The translations under genes were made by a program, and so were the position numbers. This document shows, piece after piece, positions 8,986 through 19,252 of a stretch of DNA of 64,000 bases (the first letter of the stretch is position 1; the number at the start of each line of letters is the position of its first letter). This DNA is from Bacteroidaceae bacterium (GTDB lineage: Bacteria; Bacteroidota; Bacteroidia; Bacteroidales; Bacteroidaceae). Below the pieces are notes generated by a model. The model did no database searches. It worked only from the letters and a program-made list of their open reading frames with translations, and was not told the origin of the DNA. The stretch is taken from contig JAGAQY010000006.1 in assembly GCA_017622495.1 (NCBI GenBank), forward strand, positions 424-64,423, written 5' to 3'.

Positions 8986-9768
8986 ATGCAGGAGAGACAT
9001 ACCGATTACGAGCGCTATTTCTGCGAGAGCGAGGAGTCATGCCAGAAGTACTATCTGCCCTATCTTGGTGAGCATACCTCCCTTACTTGGGCTGCCTCTA
9101 CCAAGGTCCTTGAGGTGGGTTGTGGCTTGGGCGGCAACCTTGCTCCCTTTGCCCGTATGGGGTGTCCGGTCAGTGGTGTTGATATAGACTCCCTATCCAT
9201 TGATTGGGCTAATAGGTTGTTCCCGCAAAAAGGATTGGATGGGGTGTTTACCTGTTGTGACATCCACGACTATCAGGATGCAGGCACCTATCAGCTCATC
9301 ATGCTGCACGATGCCATAGAGCATATTCAGGAGAAGGAACGCCTGATGCTCCGCCTACGCGAACTCCTTGCCGATGATGGCATCCTCTATATCGCCTTCC
9401 CTGCCTGGTGTATGCCCTTTGGGGGGCATCAGCAAGTGGCACGCACCAAGTTTGTGTCGCGCTGCCCCTTCATCCACCTGTTGCCTAATGGTGTGTACGA
9501 ATGGTTGATGCGTAAGTTGGGCGAGCCTGACTTTGTCATTAAAGACCTCCTTAGTGTAAAGAGTACGCGGATGCCCATACAGGCATTTCAGGAGCTTTGC
9601 TCTCATACGGGTCTCGAGATCGTAGACCGTAGGCTCTACTTCATCAATCCCCATTATGAAAAGAAATTCGGTCTGAAGCCGCGCAAGCTATGGAGGGCTA
9701 TCGCCTGTCTTCCCTATGTGCGTGATTTCTTCAGCACCTCATGTCATTACTTGATACGTAAGAAATAA
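8986..9768 (+). CDS. class I SAM-dependent methyltransferase
   Basis: Motif I VLEVGCGLGGN and a following acidic loop GVDID. Confidence 0.75.
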   Translation: MQERHTDYERYFCESEESCQKYYLPYLGEHTSLTWAASTKVLEVGCGLGGNLAPFARMGCPVSGVDIDSLSIDWANRLFPQKGLDGVFTCCDIHDYQDAGTYQLIMLHDAIEHIQEKERLMLRLRELLADDGILYIAFPAWCMPFGGHQQVARTKFVSRCPFIHLLPNGVYEWLMRKLGEPDFVIKDLLSVKSTRMPIQAFQELCSHTGLEIVDRRLYFINPHYEKKFGLKPRKLWRAIACLPYVRDFFSTSCHYLIRKK

Positions 9769-9811
9769 GAATCTGCTCTGCAGGTTCTTTTTTCTCCCCT
9801 CCCCCGATACC

Positions 9812-11890
9812 TCAGAAGGTGTATCTTGCCTGCAGCTGAACGTTTTCTCGGTGGCAAGTATCAATCAGGGTGGCTCCACTGCCTATGGAGCTGCGGTCGG
9901 CATAGCAGGTAGTGCCCAGTTTGGCTGTGAAGGCGAGGCGTGGTGTATCTTTGTGGCTATACTGCACGAGCACGTAGCCGCGCACCCCGCGCCCATGATA
10001 CATCTGATAGTTGTAGGCATAGAGGAGGCCGCGTTCATAGTTGTAGAGTCGGGCGGCATAGTCTGCGTCGAAGGCAGTGATACCTGCTGATAGGCGCAAT
10101 GTGTGACCCTGCCATACTGGTGTATAAGTAGCCTGTATGCTGCCCATATATCCAGTCGAGCGCTTTTCGGCTGTCACCAGAGTTCCCTCGAGGAGTGCCC
10201 TCAATGATAGGGTGGGCGATAGTGTACCGTCCCACTCGGCATGAAATCGGTGTGTCCACTCATTGAGTAGCCCTCCATGGGGCAGACGGTATCCTTCGGC
10301 GACATCGCGCTGCTTGAGCCTATACCGGTAGCGTAGCATGAGGCTGTGATTATTGCTGGTGCTGTAGCTGGCCATGAGCTGTCCGTCGGTACCATATGAA
10401 GGGGTCGACACGCGATAGCGCAGATAGGGAAAATGGTAAGCATCGGCATAGGCCGTGACCTGCAGCTTGCGGTGAGGCTGCCATTCGGCACCGAGGTATA
10501 CGCCCTGCTCACCCCGGATATCTGATGAGACGGAGAAGCTCTTTGCCTCCAGAGCCCAATAGTCGTGGGCATAGTGGCGCTGCAATAGGGTGAGATGCAA
10601 TCCGTCCACCGCTTTTACGCGCAGCATGTTGAGTGTAGCCACTGAGCCTTTGCCATCTATAGCGGTCTCGCCGATGATACTCAGCCGGTGGTGATGCCAA
10701 GCGTAGTCGGCCGAGAAATTGAGAAAACTATGCCCCTGTGGCGCATATTGCTTGTAGGGCTGTGTAGGCTGTGCAAAGTTACGGTTAAAGGACTGATACA
10801 TGGCTGTGGCGCCTACGTGAAAACCGTGTTCAGCATATCCCAGATGTAGACCGAAGAGGTTGCCACGCGTGTTTCCCCTTCGTGCCAATTCGGTAGGTGT
10901 GCGGTGATAGCCGTCGGTCTTCAGTGTGCTGATGGCTGCACCATTGAGCGTAGCGTCGAGCTGCCGGTATGAAGCGAATGTGGTAACTTGCCATGAGTGC
11001 CATGCCAGTGTAGCGGCAGCCCCCGTGTAGTAGTCTCCTTCACCAGTGCCTCGATGAGGCTTGATGGTGCCGTTTGGTCGCCCCAGTCCTTGCATCAGCA
11101 TCGCCTTGCCGAGGGCAAAGTCGGAGTTCATCACCAGTCCCTGCCCGAATCGCAGGCGGTAGTTGCCCACAACAAGATTCTTAACGATGCCCATATCGCC
11201 CAATTGTATGTATCCCGATAGGTAATCGGGTAGGGGAGAGGTGGAGGTAAAGATGGGCTCGCCTGCGTCTTTCTCTGTGCTGATACCCCACGAGAGGCGT
11301 GTACCGTAGCGGTAGCTGTAGCGTAGGTTATGATAGAGGGCATTGCCCATATAGTAGCGTGAGGGCGCTGCCTCGAGTTGGCTCTGTGTGCGGGGTGCAT
11401 AGCCGGCCTGGCGGTATAGCGGTATATCCATTCGTGTAGATAGTTCGGTGCGACCCCGTGTGAGCATACGGTGCCACGTCTCACGTGTATCCTCACGCTT
11501 CTCTTCGGGCTTACCGAAGGTGATGAAGTAGGATAGCAATTGGCGCGTGTGGTAGTCGAGCTCGGGGATGAGCATCAGTTCGCCTATGCTGTGTAGAGGT
11601 CCATACCTATATATGTAGTAATGTATGCCCTCTATCTGTATGTCGGTGAGGAATCCCAGTTGTTGCAACTCTGTGGTGTCGGCACGGTTGATGTTGATGG
11701 GGTGGGTATGCAGATAGACGTAGTCGTCGTAGAGGTTTTCGGCCAAATGCTCTATGTTATCTTCGCTGGCTTCGGCCTCAATAAGCAACTGCTCTACGAA
11801 GGTGTCCCATGAGGCAAACTGTGCGGCGATGGGCGACATTCTACATAGCAGTATGGAAGCTATGGCTATGAATTTTATCTTTTGGTGCAT
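9812..11890 (-). CDS. helix-hairpin-helix domain outer-membrane protein
   Basis: Track ORF trimmed to the ATG at 11890, which gives MHQKIKFIAIASILLCRMSPIAAQ, a signal peptide. ComEA-like HhH repeats are present (ININRADTTELQQLGF, IGELMLIPELD). The long C-terminal region has alternating aromatic residues and ends in YTF, which looks beta-barrel-like. Confidence 0.6.
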   Translation of the reverse strand: MHQKIKFIAIASILLCRMSPIAAQFASWDTFVEQLLIEAEASEDNIEHLAENLYDDYVYLHTHPININRADTTELQQLGFLTDIQIEGIHYYIYRYGPLHSIGELMLIPELDYHTRQLLSYFITFGKPEEKREDTRETWHRMLTRGRTELSTRMDIPLYRQAGYAPRTQSQLEAAPSRYYMGNALYHNLRYSYRYGTRLSWGISTEKDAGEPIFTSTSPLPDYLSGYIQLGDMGIVKNLVVGNYRLRFGQGLVMNSDFALGKAMLMQGLGRPNGTIKPHRGTGEGDYYTGAAATLAWHSWQVTTFASYRQLDATLNGAAISTLKTDGYHRTPTELARRGNTRGNLFGLHLGYAEHGFHVGATAMYQSFNRNFAQPTQPYKQYAPQGHSFLNFSADYAWHHHRLSIIGETAIDGKGSVATLNMLRVKAVDGLHLTLLQRHYAHDYWALEAKSFSVSSDIRGEQGVYLGAEWQPHRKLQVTAYADAYHFPYLRYRVSTPSYGTDGQLMASYSTSNNHSLMLRYRYRLKQRDVAEGYRLPHGGLLNEWTHRFHAEWDGTLSPTLSLRALLEGTLVTAEKRSTGYMGSIQATYTPVWQGHTLRLSAGITAFDADYAARLYNYERGLLYAYNYQMYHGRGVRGYVLVQYSHKDTPRLAFTAKLGTTCYADRSSIGSGATLIDTCHRENVQLQARYTF

Positions 11891-12039
11891 AATTCTGTTG
11901 GTAAAGATACGATTTCTATTCTTAAATGTTGTAAAATGTTGCCTAAAAAATCTGTTTTTATGCCATCGGGTGGGGGATGACGAGATGTGCAGAGTGTTAA
12001 AACATTGTTTTATTCGTCCGCTTTTCATACCTTTGCTGC

Positions 12040-12639
12040 ATGAAAAGGTCATACGGTATAGTGATATGTTTGCTCTTGGTACTGCAGGCATGTGCCGGTG
12101 CTTCGGCGCAGAGCTATCGCAACAAGCAGATACCTCTGCCTGTAGAGCTGTATGAGGGCGATACTATCCCGGTAATCCATATGCGCGATGTTTACATATA
12201 TCAGCGTCCCAAGTTCAAGAACCGTCGCCAGGAGCGCTACTATTGGCGCACTGTACGCGATGTGAAGAAGACCCTTCCCATTGCCCGTGAGGTGCGAGGC
12301 ATTATCATTGAGACCTACGAGTACCTGCTTACCATCCCCGACGAGAAGGTGCGCGAAGAGCATTTGGCTACCGTAGAGAAGGGCATGTTGGCACAGTACA
12401 CCCCGCAAATGAAGAAGCTCACCTTCTCGCAGGGCAAGATGCTCATCAAACTTGTCGATCGCGAGTGCGACCAGACGGGCTACGAACTCATACGCACCTT
12501 CATGGGCAGCTTCAAGGCGGGTTTCTATCAGGCTTTTGCTGCCCTCTTCGGTGCCAGCCTTAAGCGTGGCTACGACCCCGACGGCGATGATGCCGAGATT
12601 GAGGAGATCATCTATTGGGTCGATCAGGGAGTCTTGTAA
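12040..12639 (+). CDS. DUF4294-like secreted protein
   Basis: Signal peptide ending ASAQ. Recalled family pattern (VIHMRDVYIY, YYWRTVRDVKKTLPIA). Confidence 0.55.
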   Translation: MKRSYGIVICLLLVLQACAGASAQSYRNKQIPLPVELYEGDTIPVIHMRDVYIYQRPKFKNRRQERYYWRTVRDVKKTLPIAREVRGIIIETYEYLLTIPDEKVREEHLATVEKGMLAQYTPQMKKLTFSQGKMLIKLVDRECDQTGYELIRTFMGSFKAGFYQAFAALFGASLKRGYDPDGDDAEIEEIIYWVDQGVL

Positions 12640-12695
12640 TTCTTGCCTTCGTGTAGAAAAGCTACGCTTTTTGACCGATTATTGAAAATTTCTTG

Positions 12696-12703
12696 TAACT
12701 TTG
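12696..12703 (+). promoter_or_regulatory. -7 promoter box (TAACTTTG) for the kduI-kduD-DUF4861 operon
   Basis: Matches TAnnTTTG, 48 nt upstream of the ATG at 12752. Confidence 0.5.
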
Positions 12704-12751
12704 CAGAGATACAATAAAAACATTATTACCAATCATAACAAAAGTAAAGCT

Positions 12752-13594
12752 ATGAAGACAAACTATGAAGTGCGTTATGCAGCACATCCTGAGGATGCGA
12801 AAAGCTACGACACCAAGCGTATCCGTCGCGACTTCCTCATTGAAAAGGTGTTTGCAGCCGATGAGGTAAACATGGTGTACTCTATGTACGATCGTATGGT
12901 AGTGGGCGGTGCCATGCCCGTGAACGAGGCGCTCAAGCTCGAGGCCATCGATCCCCTGAAGGCACCCTTCTTCACCACTCGCCGCGAGATCGGTATGTTC
13001 AACGTAGGTGGCCCCGGCGTAGTGAAGGCTGGCGACGAGACCTTTGAACTCGACTATAAGGAGGCGCTTTACATAGGTTCGGGCGACCGCGATGTAATCT
13101 TCGAGAGCAAGGATCCCCAGAACCCCGCCAAGTTCTACTTCAACTCATGCACCGCTCACCGCAACTATCCCAACAAGAAGGTAACCAAGGCCGATGCCGT
13201 TGTTGCACACATGGGTTCGCTCGAAGGCTCTAACGACCGCAACATCAACAAGATGCTCGTCAATCAGGTGCTCCCCACCTGCCAGATTCAGATGGGTATG
13301 ACCGAGCTGGCTCCCGGTAGCGTATGGAACACCATGCCTGCTCACGTACACAGCCGTCGCATGGAGGCTTACTTCTATTTCGAAGTACCCGAAGAGCATG
13401 CTGTATGCCACTTCATGGGTGAGGTTGACGAGACTCGCCACATCTGGATGAAGGGCGACCAAGCCGTGCTCTCTCCCGAGTGGTCAATCCATAGCGCTGC
13501 CGCCACACACAACTACACCTTCATCTGGGGTATGGGTGGCGAGAATCTCGACTATGGCGATCAGGACTTCTCTCTGATTACTGACTTGAAATAA
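12752..13594 (+). CDS. kduI: 5-dehydro-4-deoxy-D-glucuronate isomerase
   Basis: MKTNYEVRYAAHPEDAKSYDT start and cupin His motifs (HVHSRRMEAYFYF). The track ORF begins at an upstream TTG. ATG 12752 is preferred. Confidence 0.9.
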   Translation: MKTNYEVRYAAHPEDAKSYDTKRIRRDFLIEKVFAADEVNMVYSMYDRMVVGGAMPVNEALKLEAIDPLKAPFFTTRREIGMFNVGGPGVVKAGDETFELDYKEALYIGSGDRDVIFESKDPQNPAKFYFNSCTAHRNYPNKKVTKADAVVAHMGSLEGSNDRNINKMLVNQVLPTCQIQMGMTELAPGSVWNTMPAHVHSRRMEAYFYFEVPEEHAVCHFMGEVDETRHIWMKGDQAVLSPEWSIHSAAATHNYTFIWGMGGENLDYGDQDFSLITDLK

Positions 13595-13615
13595 TTAATA
13601 TACAATAAATAGAAT

Positions 13616-14416
13616 ATGAAAAACTTGTTTTCATTAGAGGGTAAGAACGCCTGGATTACCGGCGCATCTTACGGTATCGGATTCAACATCGCCAAGGCAT
13701 TCGTGCAGGCAGGTATCAAGAACATCATCTTCAACGACATCAACGAAGCCGCTTTGGAGAAGGGCTTGGCCAACTATAAGGAGGCAGGCATCGAGAACGT
13801 ACATGGCTACGTATGCGACGTTACCGATGAAGTGGCTGTGAAGGAGCTCGTAGAGAAGATTCACGCCGAGGTAGGTCAGATCGACATCCTTGTAAACAAT
13901 GCCGGCATCATCAAGCGCATTCCTATGCACGAGATGAAGCGTTCAGAGTTCCAGCAGGTTATCGACATCGACCTCGTAGGTCCGTTCATCTGCTCTAGCG
14001 CCGTTATCCCCGAGATGATGGAGCGCCGCGAAGGTAAGATCATCAACATCTGCTCTATGATGTCAGAGCTCGGCCGCGAGACCGTATCAGCTTATGCAGC
14101 AGCCAAGGGCGGTTTGAAGATGCTCACCCGCAACATCTGCTCAGAGTATGGCGAGTACAACATCCAGTGCAACGGCATCGGCCCGGGCTACATCGCTACC
14201 CCGCAGACAGCTCCTTTGCGCGAGCGTCAGGCCGACGGCTCACGTCACCCCTTCGACTCGTTCATCTGTGCCAAGACTCCCGCAGGTCGCTGGCTCGATC
14301 CCGAAGAGTTGGGTGGTCCCGCAGTGTTCCTCGCTTCGAAGGCTTCTGATGCCGTAAACGGTCACGTGCTCTACGTTGACGGCGGTATCTTGGCTTATAT
14401 CGGCAAGCAGCCCTAA
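13616..14416 (+). CDS. kduD: SDR-family 2-dehydro-3-deoxy-D-gluconate 5-dehydrogenase / gluconate 5-dehydrogenase
   Basis: TGASYGIG cofactor motif, NNAG, and a catalytic YxxxK (YAAAKGG). It lies directly after kduI. Confidence 0.8.
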   Translation: MKNLFSLEGKNAWITGASYGIGFNIAKAFVQAGIKNIIFNDINEAALEKGLANYKEAGIENVHGYVCDVTDEVAVKELVEKIHAEVGQIDILVNNAGIIKRIPMHEMKRSEFQQVIDIDLVGPFICSSAVIPEMMERREGKIINICSMMSELGRETVSAYAAAKGGLKMLTRNICSEYGEYNIQCNGIGPGYIATPQTAPLRERQADGSRHPFDSFICAKTPAGRWLDPEELGGPAVFLASKASDAVNGHVLYVDGGILAYIGKQP

Positions 14417-14503
14417 GTTTTTTAGAAGGTACATAATTTAGGAGTTGCAGGAGTCGAAATCCTGCAACTCCTAAAACTATTCATCTATAAAAATCAGTAC
14501 AAT

Positions 14504-15739
14504 ATGAAAAAGTATTTTTCAACCCTCCCCCTCCTCGCCCTGCTCGCTGCATGTGGTCCCAAGCAGAGTACCGACTTCGCCGTTACGGTGACCAACGACC
14601 TCTCCTTTGACCGTGCCGAGATGGTTGAGGTACCCATCAGCGAGGTGGCCAAGAAGGTGCAGCTCATTGATGAGGAACAATACATCGTCCTCGATGCTGA
14701 GGGCAATCAGGTAGCCTACCAAATCACTTATGACGACAACCTCCTCTTCCCCGTCAATGTCAAGGCTGGCGACAAGGCCGTGTATACCGTAGCTGTGGGC
14801 GAGCCCATTGAGGCCGAACCCCTTGTGTATGGCCGCCATTACCCCGAACGTGTCGATGATATCGCTTGGGAGAACGACCGCACCGCCTACCGTGCCTACG
14901 GTCCTGCCCTGCAGGCAAAAGGCGAGCGCGCCTTTGGCTACGATGCTTGGGTGAAACGCGTGCCCGGACTCGTGGTGGAGCAGCGCTACGCCAATGAGCT
15001 CAACCCCGACACGCAGGCCGAGATTGCCCGCCTGCGCAAGGAACGTAAGTACGATGAGGCTAACGAACTTTATCACTCTGTGTCTTACCACGTAGACCAT
15101 GGCAACGGCCTCGATTGCTACAAGGTAGGTCCTACACTCGGATGCGGCACCGCAGCCCTCATGCAGGGCGATGCCATCCTCTACCCCTACTGCTGGAAGG
15201 AGTATGAGATTCTCGAGAACGGTCCCCTGCGCTTCACTGTGAAGCTCACCTACAATCCTCTCGTCGTAGGTAAGGATACCGTGATAGAGACCCGCACTAT
15301 CTCTCTTGCCCAAGGATCACAGCTCAACAAGACCGTCGTGTCATACGCAGGTCTCACTAAGGCTGCTCCCGTAGCTACCGGTCTCGTCATCCATCCCGAG
15401 AACCCCACAGCCTATGTCCTCGAGGGCGACAAGGGCTACATCGCTTATGCCGACCTTACCGACAATGTCAACAATGGCAACGGAGTCATCTACGTAGGTG
15501 CCGTGATGCCTGCCAAGGTGCAGGAGGCCAAGGCACAGATGTTTGCCGACAAGGAGGCCAAGGAGCGTGGTGCTTCGGGTCACGTGCTCGCTATCAGCAA
15601 CTACAAGCCCGAGACCGAGTACACCTACTACTGGGGCTCAGGCTGGAGCAAGTATGGCTTCGACTCCATGGAGGCATGGACCACCTACCTCGATCGCTAC
15701 GCACAGAGTGTGCGTAAGCCCCTCAAGGTGGAGTACTAA
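14504..15739 (+). CDS. DUF4861-like lipoprotein (pectin-degradation associated)
   Basis: Lipoprotein signal LLALLAACG. It is the third gene after kduI and kduD, an arrangement common in Bacteroidales. Confidence 0.65.
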   Translation: MKKYFSTLPLLALLAACGPKQSTDFAVTVTNDLSFDRAEMVEVPISEVAKKVQLIDEEQYIVLDAEGNQVAYQITYDDNLLFPVNVKAGDKAVYTVAVGEPIEAEPLVYGRHYPERVDDIAWENDRTAYRAYGPALQAKGERAFGYDAWVKRVPGLVVEQRYANELNPDTQAEIARLRKERKYDEANELYHSVSYHVDHGNGLDCYKVGPTLGCGTAALMQGDAILYPYCWKEYEILENGPLRFTVKLTYNPLVVGKDTVIETRTISLAQGSQLNKTVVSYAGLTKAAPVATGLVIHPENPTAYVLEGDKGYIAYADLTDNVNNGNGVIYVGAVMPAKVQEAKAQMFADKEAKERGASGHVLAISNYKPETEYTYYWGSGWSKYGFDSMEAWTTYLDRYAQSVRKPLKVEY

Positions 15740-15766
15740 GTCATCTTACTCTCCTATATCAAGCAA

Positions 15767-15805
15767 ACCGGCAGCGATCTCGCATCGCTGCCGGTTCTCG
15801 TTTTT
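15767..15805 (+). terminator. rho-independent terminator of the kdu operon
   Basis: Perfect 12-bp stem ACCGGCAGCGAT / ATCGCTGCCGGT, loop CTCGC, then TCTCGTTTTT. Confidence 0.8.
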
Positions 15806-15850
15806 GCATCAATCTGAAAAGTCTTGTTTTTAGCTCATTTCTTTTTTGTT

Positions 15851-15945
15851 AAGTTTAGTTTAGTTTGGTCAGTTTAGTCTATTTTTAAAGTTTGGTCTGG
15901 TTTAGGTTTTTCGTGGTAATAGATTTTTAGTTTAGTTGTCGTTGG
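15851..15945. repeat. G/T-rich low-complexity tract built from GTTTAG / GTTTGGTC units
   Basis: The tract reads AAGTTTAGTTTAGTTTGGTCAGTTTAGTC...AAGTTTGGTCTGGTTTAGG...TTTAGTTTAGTTG. It is non-coding and lies between convergent genes. Confidence 0.6.
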
Positions 15946-15956
15946 TCCAATAGGTG

Positions 15957-16391
15957 TTAGTCGATATCGATGAGCTGCATCTTTTTGTTGAAGGTCAGTT
16001 CCACGCGATTGCTCAGCTTCACATCTATCTCGCGTCGGTCACGCTCTATTTTGGTAGCTTTGGCGTCAGGATATTGCTCCTTGATTACCTTCTCTATGGT
16101 TGCGGGTACGATACCTGCAGGTAACGGCTGGGTCAGGCAGTCCACCTCGGTCCATTCGCCCTTGCGGTCAAACTCCACCTTGCTACCGTTTGTGAATATT
16201 ACGTCGTAGCTCAGTTCTGTCACGTCAAACTCTTTTCGAGCGAGCGATACCTTTGCTTCAGGGAAATAGGTGGTCAGGAATGTCTGTGCCTTCTCGGGCA
16301 GTTGGCTCACATTGATGGGACGATAGTTGTCGGCATTAGCATTGGTTACTACGGTAAACACACATGCAAGGATAAGCATCATTTTTTTCAT
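15957..16391 (-). CDS. PepSY-like (putative beta-lactamase-inhibitor-like) periplasmic protein
   Basis: Signal peptide MKKMMLILACVFTVVTNANA. Repeated pattern of the type ...V.F...G.W.EVDC. ATG 16391 is preferred because a TACCTTTG box (reverse complement of 16445-16452) lies too close to the longer start. Confidence 0.55.
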   Translation of the reverse strand: MKKMMLILACVFTVVTNANADNYRPINVSQLPEKAQTFLTTYFPEAKVSLARKEFDVTELSYDVIFTNGSKVEFDRKGEWTEVDCLTQPLPAGIVPATIEKVIKEQYPDAKATKIERDRREIDVKLSNRVELTFNKKMQLIDID

Positions 16392-16444
16392 AATGGTTCT
16401 TCTTTTTTTAGATTCAACGTTTTTGTTATTCATTATTTACACGA

Positions 16445-16452
16445 CAAAGGTA
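16445..16452 (-). promoter_or_regulatory. -7 promoter box (reverse complement TACCTTTG) for the PepSY-like gene
   Basis: The + strand reads CAAAGGTA, about 54 nt upstream of the ATG at 16391. Confidence 0.45.
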
Positions 16453-16542
16453 GAACCCGATTCTGAAAAGAATCTGAAAAAGATTTTTTTTTCTCATTTT
16501 TTTTCAGAGTCCCTTCAGTGTAGAGTCCTACCTATTGATAAC

Positions 16543-16568
16543 AGAGTTTAGTGTGTAGTGTTTAGAGT
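16543..16568. repeat. copy A of the GTGTAG/GTTTAGAG intergenic motif
   Basis: TAGTGTGTAGTGTTTAGAGT (16549-16568) is identical to 60719-60738. AGAGTTTAGTGTGTAG matches the reverse complement of 25315-25330. Confidence 0.7.
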
Positions 16569-16699
16569 GGCGACATTGTAGAAGGTAATTTATCTTTCGC
16601 CAAAAGCTGCTTCGCAGCATTTACTGGTGGGTGGTTGATGGTTACCCCGTAGTTTTGATTGCAAATTATTAATCATTAATTCAGCAAAGGTTATCGTTA

Positions 16700-17683
16700 T
16701 CAGTCTACTACCCACCCAGGATAATGGGGTTTGGTTTTCTGCGGGTCGTAGTGCAATGCTTCCACATCGGGTATCCGTATTTTATACGTGCGGCCCGACT
16801 TGTTGTTCATGGTGTATTCGCGTAGCCAGGGGTTTTCCTCCTTAAGCTGTGCCACTGTCACTCCATGTTTTTTGGCAAATGCCGTGAGGTCATCAATCTG
16901 CTGTGTGGTGGTGATGATTTCTTTGGGTGGTATGTAGGGGTACAGCTGTGATCGTTTCAGTACGAATCCGTAGGCCTTGGGGTTCTCCAGCACGAGTTTG
17001 GCAGTCAGTATGCGGAACATGTAGCGCGAGGTTTCCTCCACAAGCCATAGGTCAAGTGCCTTGTCGGCTCCCTGCTGTTCGAGACGGCGCGATATGCCGT
17101 TCTGTCCTCCATTGTAGCTGGCAGCTACCGTCATCCAGTCACCATACATCTCATACGACTCTTTCAGATAGGCGCAGGCTGCTCGTGTGGCTTTCTCTAT
17201 GTTGTAGCGTTCGTCAATGTTTACATTCACCTCCAGTCCGTACTGTCGTCCTGTAGCTTGCATAAACTGCCACAATCCGGCTGCTCCTGCGGCGCTTCGT
17301 GCTGTGGGGCTCAGGTTGCTCTCTATCACCATCAGGTACTTCAGGTCGTCGGGTACACCGCACTCTTTCAGTATAGGTTCCACGATGGGAAAATACCTGT
17401 TTGCCCGCTTTATCATCAGCAGTGTAAGCTGGTGTGAGTAGGTGAAAGCCGTGATTTCACGGTCCATGCGTTCTCTGAGGTCAGCTCTATTGAGCAGTAT
17501 CGTCTCATCGGCAAAGTGAACTTTTTCAGGTACTTCGGGTGATACGGCCAGTGCTGCTACCTTAGATTGTGGCAACTCCTTGTCGGTAAGTTGTTGGTGT
17601 CCCATAAGTAAGGGTATCGATGCTCCCAATCCCATGAGCAGGGCTGCGGTCAATGTGCGTTGTATGATATGTTTGCCTTTCAT
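16700..17683 (-). CDS. lytic murein transglycosylase (SLT domain, MltD-like, C-terminal LysM-like)
   Basis: SLT catalytic region LMVIESNLSP and AGAAGLWQFM. LysM-like C-terminus (HGVTVAQLKEENPWL). Confidence 0.8.
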   Translation of the reverse strand: MKGKHIIQRTLTAALLMGLGASIPLLMGHQQLTDKELPQSKVAALAVSPEVPEKVHFADETILLNRADLRERMDREITAFTYSHQLTLLMIKRANRYFPIVEPILKECGVPDDLKYLMVIESNLSPTARSAAGAAGLWQFMQATGRQYGLEVNVNIDERYNIEKATRAACAYLKESYEMYGDWMTVAASYNGGQNGISRRLEQQGADKALDLWLVEETSRYMFRILTAKLVLENPKAYGFVLKRSQLYPYIPPKEIITTTQQIDDLTAFAKKHGVTVAQLKEENPWLREYTMNNKSGRTYKIRIPDVEALHYDPQKTKPHYPGWVVD

Positions 17684-17703
17684 ATATTATTATAATATGT
17701 TGT

Positions 17704-19131
17704 CTATTCCATGATTGCTTTGCATATTTTGTCTTGCCATGCTCGTGCCTGGGATAGTTTCAGCACGTGCTGGTTTAGGATGACGAAAGCCAGTATGTGT
17801 CCGTTGCTGGCATGTGCATATCCTGCCAGGGTGCTCACACCGGTCATGCTCCCGGTCTTGGCCACTATGCGCCTTCTCATGGCTTGGGTGCCCATGCGTC
17901 CTTTCAGTGTGCCGTCGATGCCGCTATGGGGCAATGCCTCGGTGAGCATGTCGTATATCTCTTCCCGGGAGTAGGCGTAGCGCAGATAGTCGAGCAGCAG
18001 GTGTGCGGTAATCATGTTGTAGTTCGACAAGCCGCTGCCATCCACAATCTTGTGTGAATACATTTTCTTGTCTGCCTCCTGTGTCCTGTAGTTCTTGTGT
18101 ACGACGCTGAGCAGCGAGTCAATTCTCTTTACGGCATCGGTTGCCGAGGCGTATGGCTGCGTATCGGCTGCTGCCAGATGGTAAAACAGGGCCTCGGCAT
18201 TGAGATTGTCGCTCTCCTTCAGTGCCTCATTTACTACATCGGCAATGGGTCTATGTACTGATGCTATCGTTTGTGCCTGTGGCGGACAGATACCATATCC
18301 GAAGTGTGTAGCTCCTATGCCGTATCTTAGCATTCTCTCGGTGAAAAGGGCAAAAAAATGCTCGTCGGAGGTCTGAATGCTCAGTTTCTTCGTCTGTGGC
18401 CGCTTCACATTTCCCGATACCACAATGCGGTTGCTCCCTTCCTGCCAATCGCGTGTGATGTGCAGTGCACCTGCCGAGTCGTTGTAGCACACAGCACGAT
18501 TGTCCACCTCATACCACGATGATGCAGGCAGGCACACCACCGTGGGTATGCTGTCTTTTACAGTGGGTGTCACGCACACCTCTACACAGCCCTTGTCAAG
18601 CAGTAGGGGAGAGTAGTAGGGTTGGAATGAGGCAGGTGCATCGTCCCAGCACCATCCGCTGCCCCAGTAGGTAGAGTCGGTCATGCTCACATCGGCCATC
18701 ACCGTGCCGTTGATGCTGCGTATGCCTGCTGCGGGGATGGCTGCGATGAGGCTGTTGAGGTCGGCCGATGTAAACTCCGGATCAAATCCTCCCACCACAT
18801 AGAGGTCTCCATGCAGGATGCTGTCGGCTCCAAGTGTGCCGGTATATCGCAGCTCGGTGTGCATGGTATAGTCGGTGCCCAAGCGGTCCAGCGCAGTGAT
18901 GGTAGTGATGAGCTTCTGCACCGATGCTGGGCGGCACAGCTTGTTGGCACGATGCTCATAGAGCAGTTTGTCTGCCGTGAGATCATACACAGCTACAGAG
19001 GCGTCCGCATTGTTGAGTAGTGCATCGTCGAGCAGGGCATCCATACGTGTGCCGATGCTCTGAGTGCTACCCGTAAAGAGGCACAGAGAGGCTATGATAG
19101 TCGCGGTATATCGCTTATAGATTGGTTTCAT
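17704..19131 (-). CDS. dacB: D-alanyl-D-alanine carboxypeptidase/endopeptidase (PBP4 family)
   Basis: Three motifs are present: SxxK (ASVQKL), SxN (ESDNLN) and KTG (AKTGSMTG). Confidence 0.8.
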   Translation of the reverse strand: MKPIYKRYTATIIASLCLFTGSTQSIGTRMDALLDDALLNNADASVAVYDLTADKLLYEHRANKLCRPASVQKLITTITALDRLGTDYTMHTELRYTGTLGADSILHGDLYVVGGFDPEFTSADLNSLIAAIPAAGIRSINGTVMADVSMTDSTYWGSGWCWDDAPASFQPYYSPLLLDKGCVEVCVTPTVKDSIPTVVCLPASSWYEVDNRAVCYNDSAGALHITRDWQEGSNRIVVSGNVKRPQTKKLSIQTSDEHFFALFTERMLRYGIGATHFGYGICPPQAQTIASVHRPIADVVNEALKESDNLNAEALFYHLAAADTQPYASATDAVKRIDSLLSVVHKNYRTQEADKKMYSHKIVDGSGLSNYNMITAHLLLDYLRYAYSREEIYDMLTEALPHSGIDGTLKGRMGTQAMRRRIVAKTGSMTGVSTLAGYAHASNGHILAFVILNQHVLKLSQARAWQDKICKAIME

Positions 19132-19186
19132 GTCGCGAAATTAATCAAAAAAATGAGGGTATATTGCATATTTCTCGTAAAATTGT

Positions 19187-19194
19187 ATAACTTT
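19187..19194 (+). promoter_or_regulatory. -7 promoter box (TAACTTTG) for the 1121-aa surface protein
   Basis: Matches TAnnTTTG, 58 nt upstream of the ATG at 19253. Confidence 0.45.
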
Positions 19195-19252
19195 GTATTT
19201 GAGATTATCGTGGAACTATTAGAACAGCATAATTTTTAACATCAATCATCGT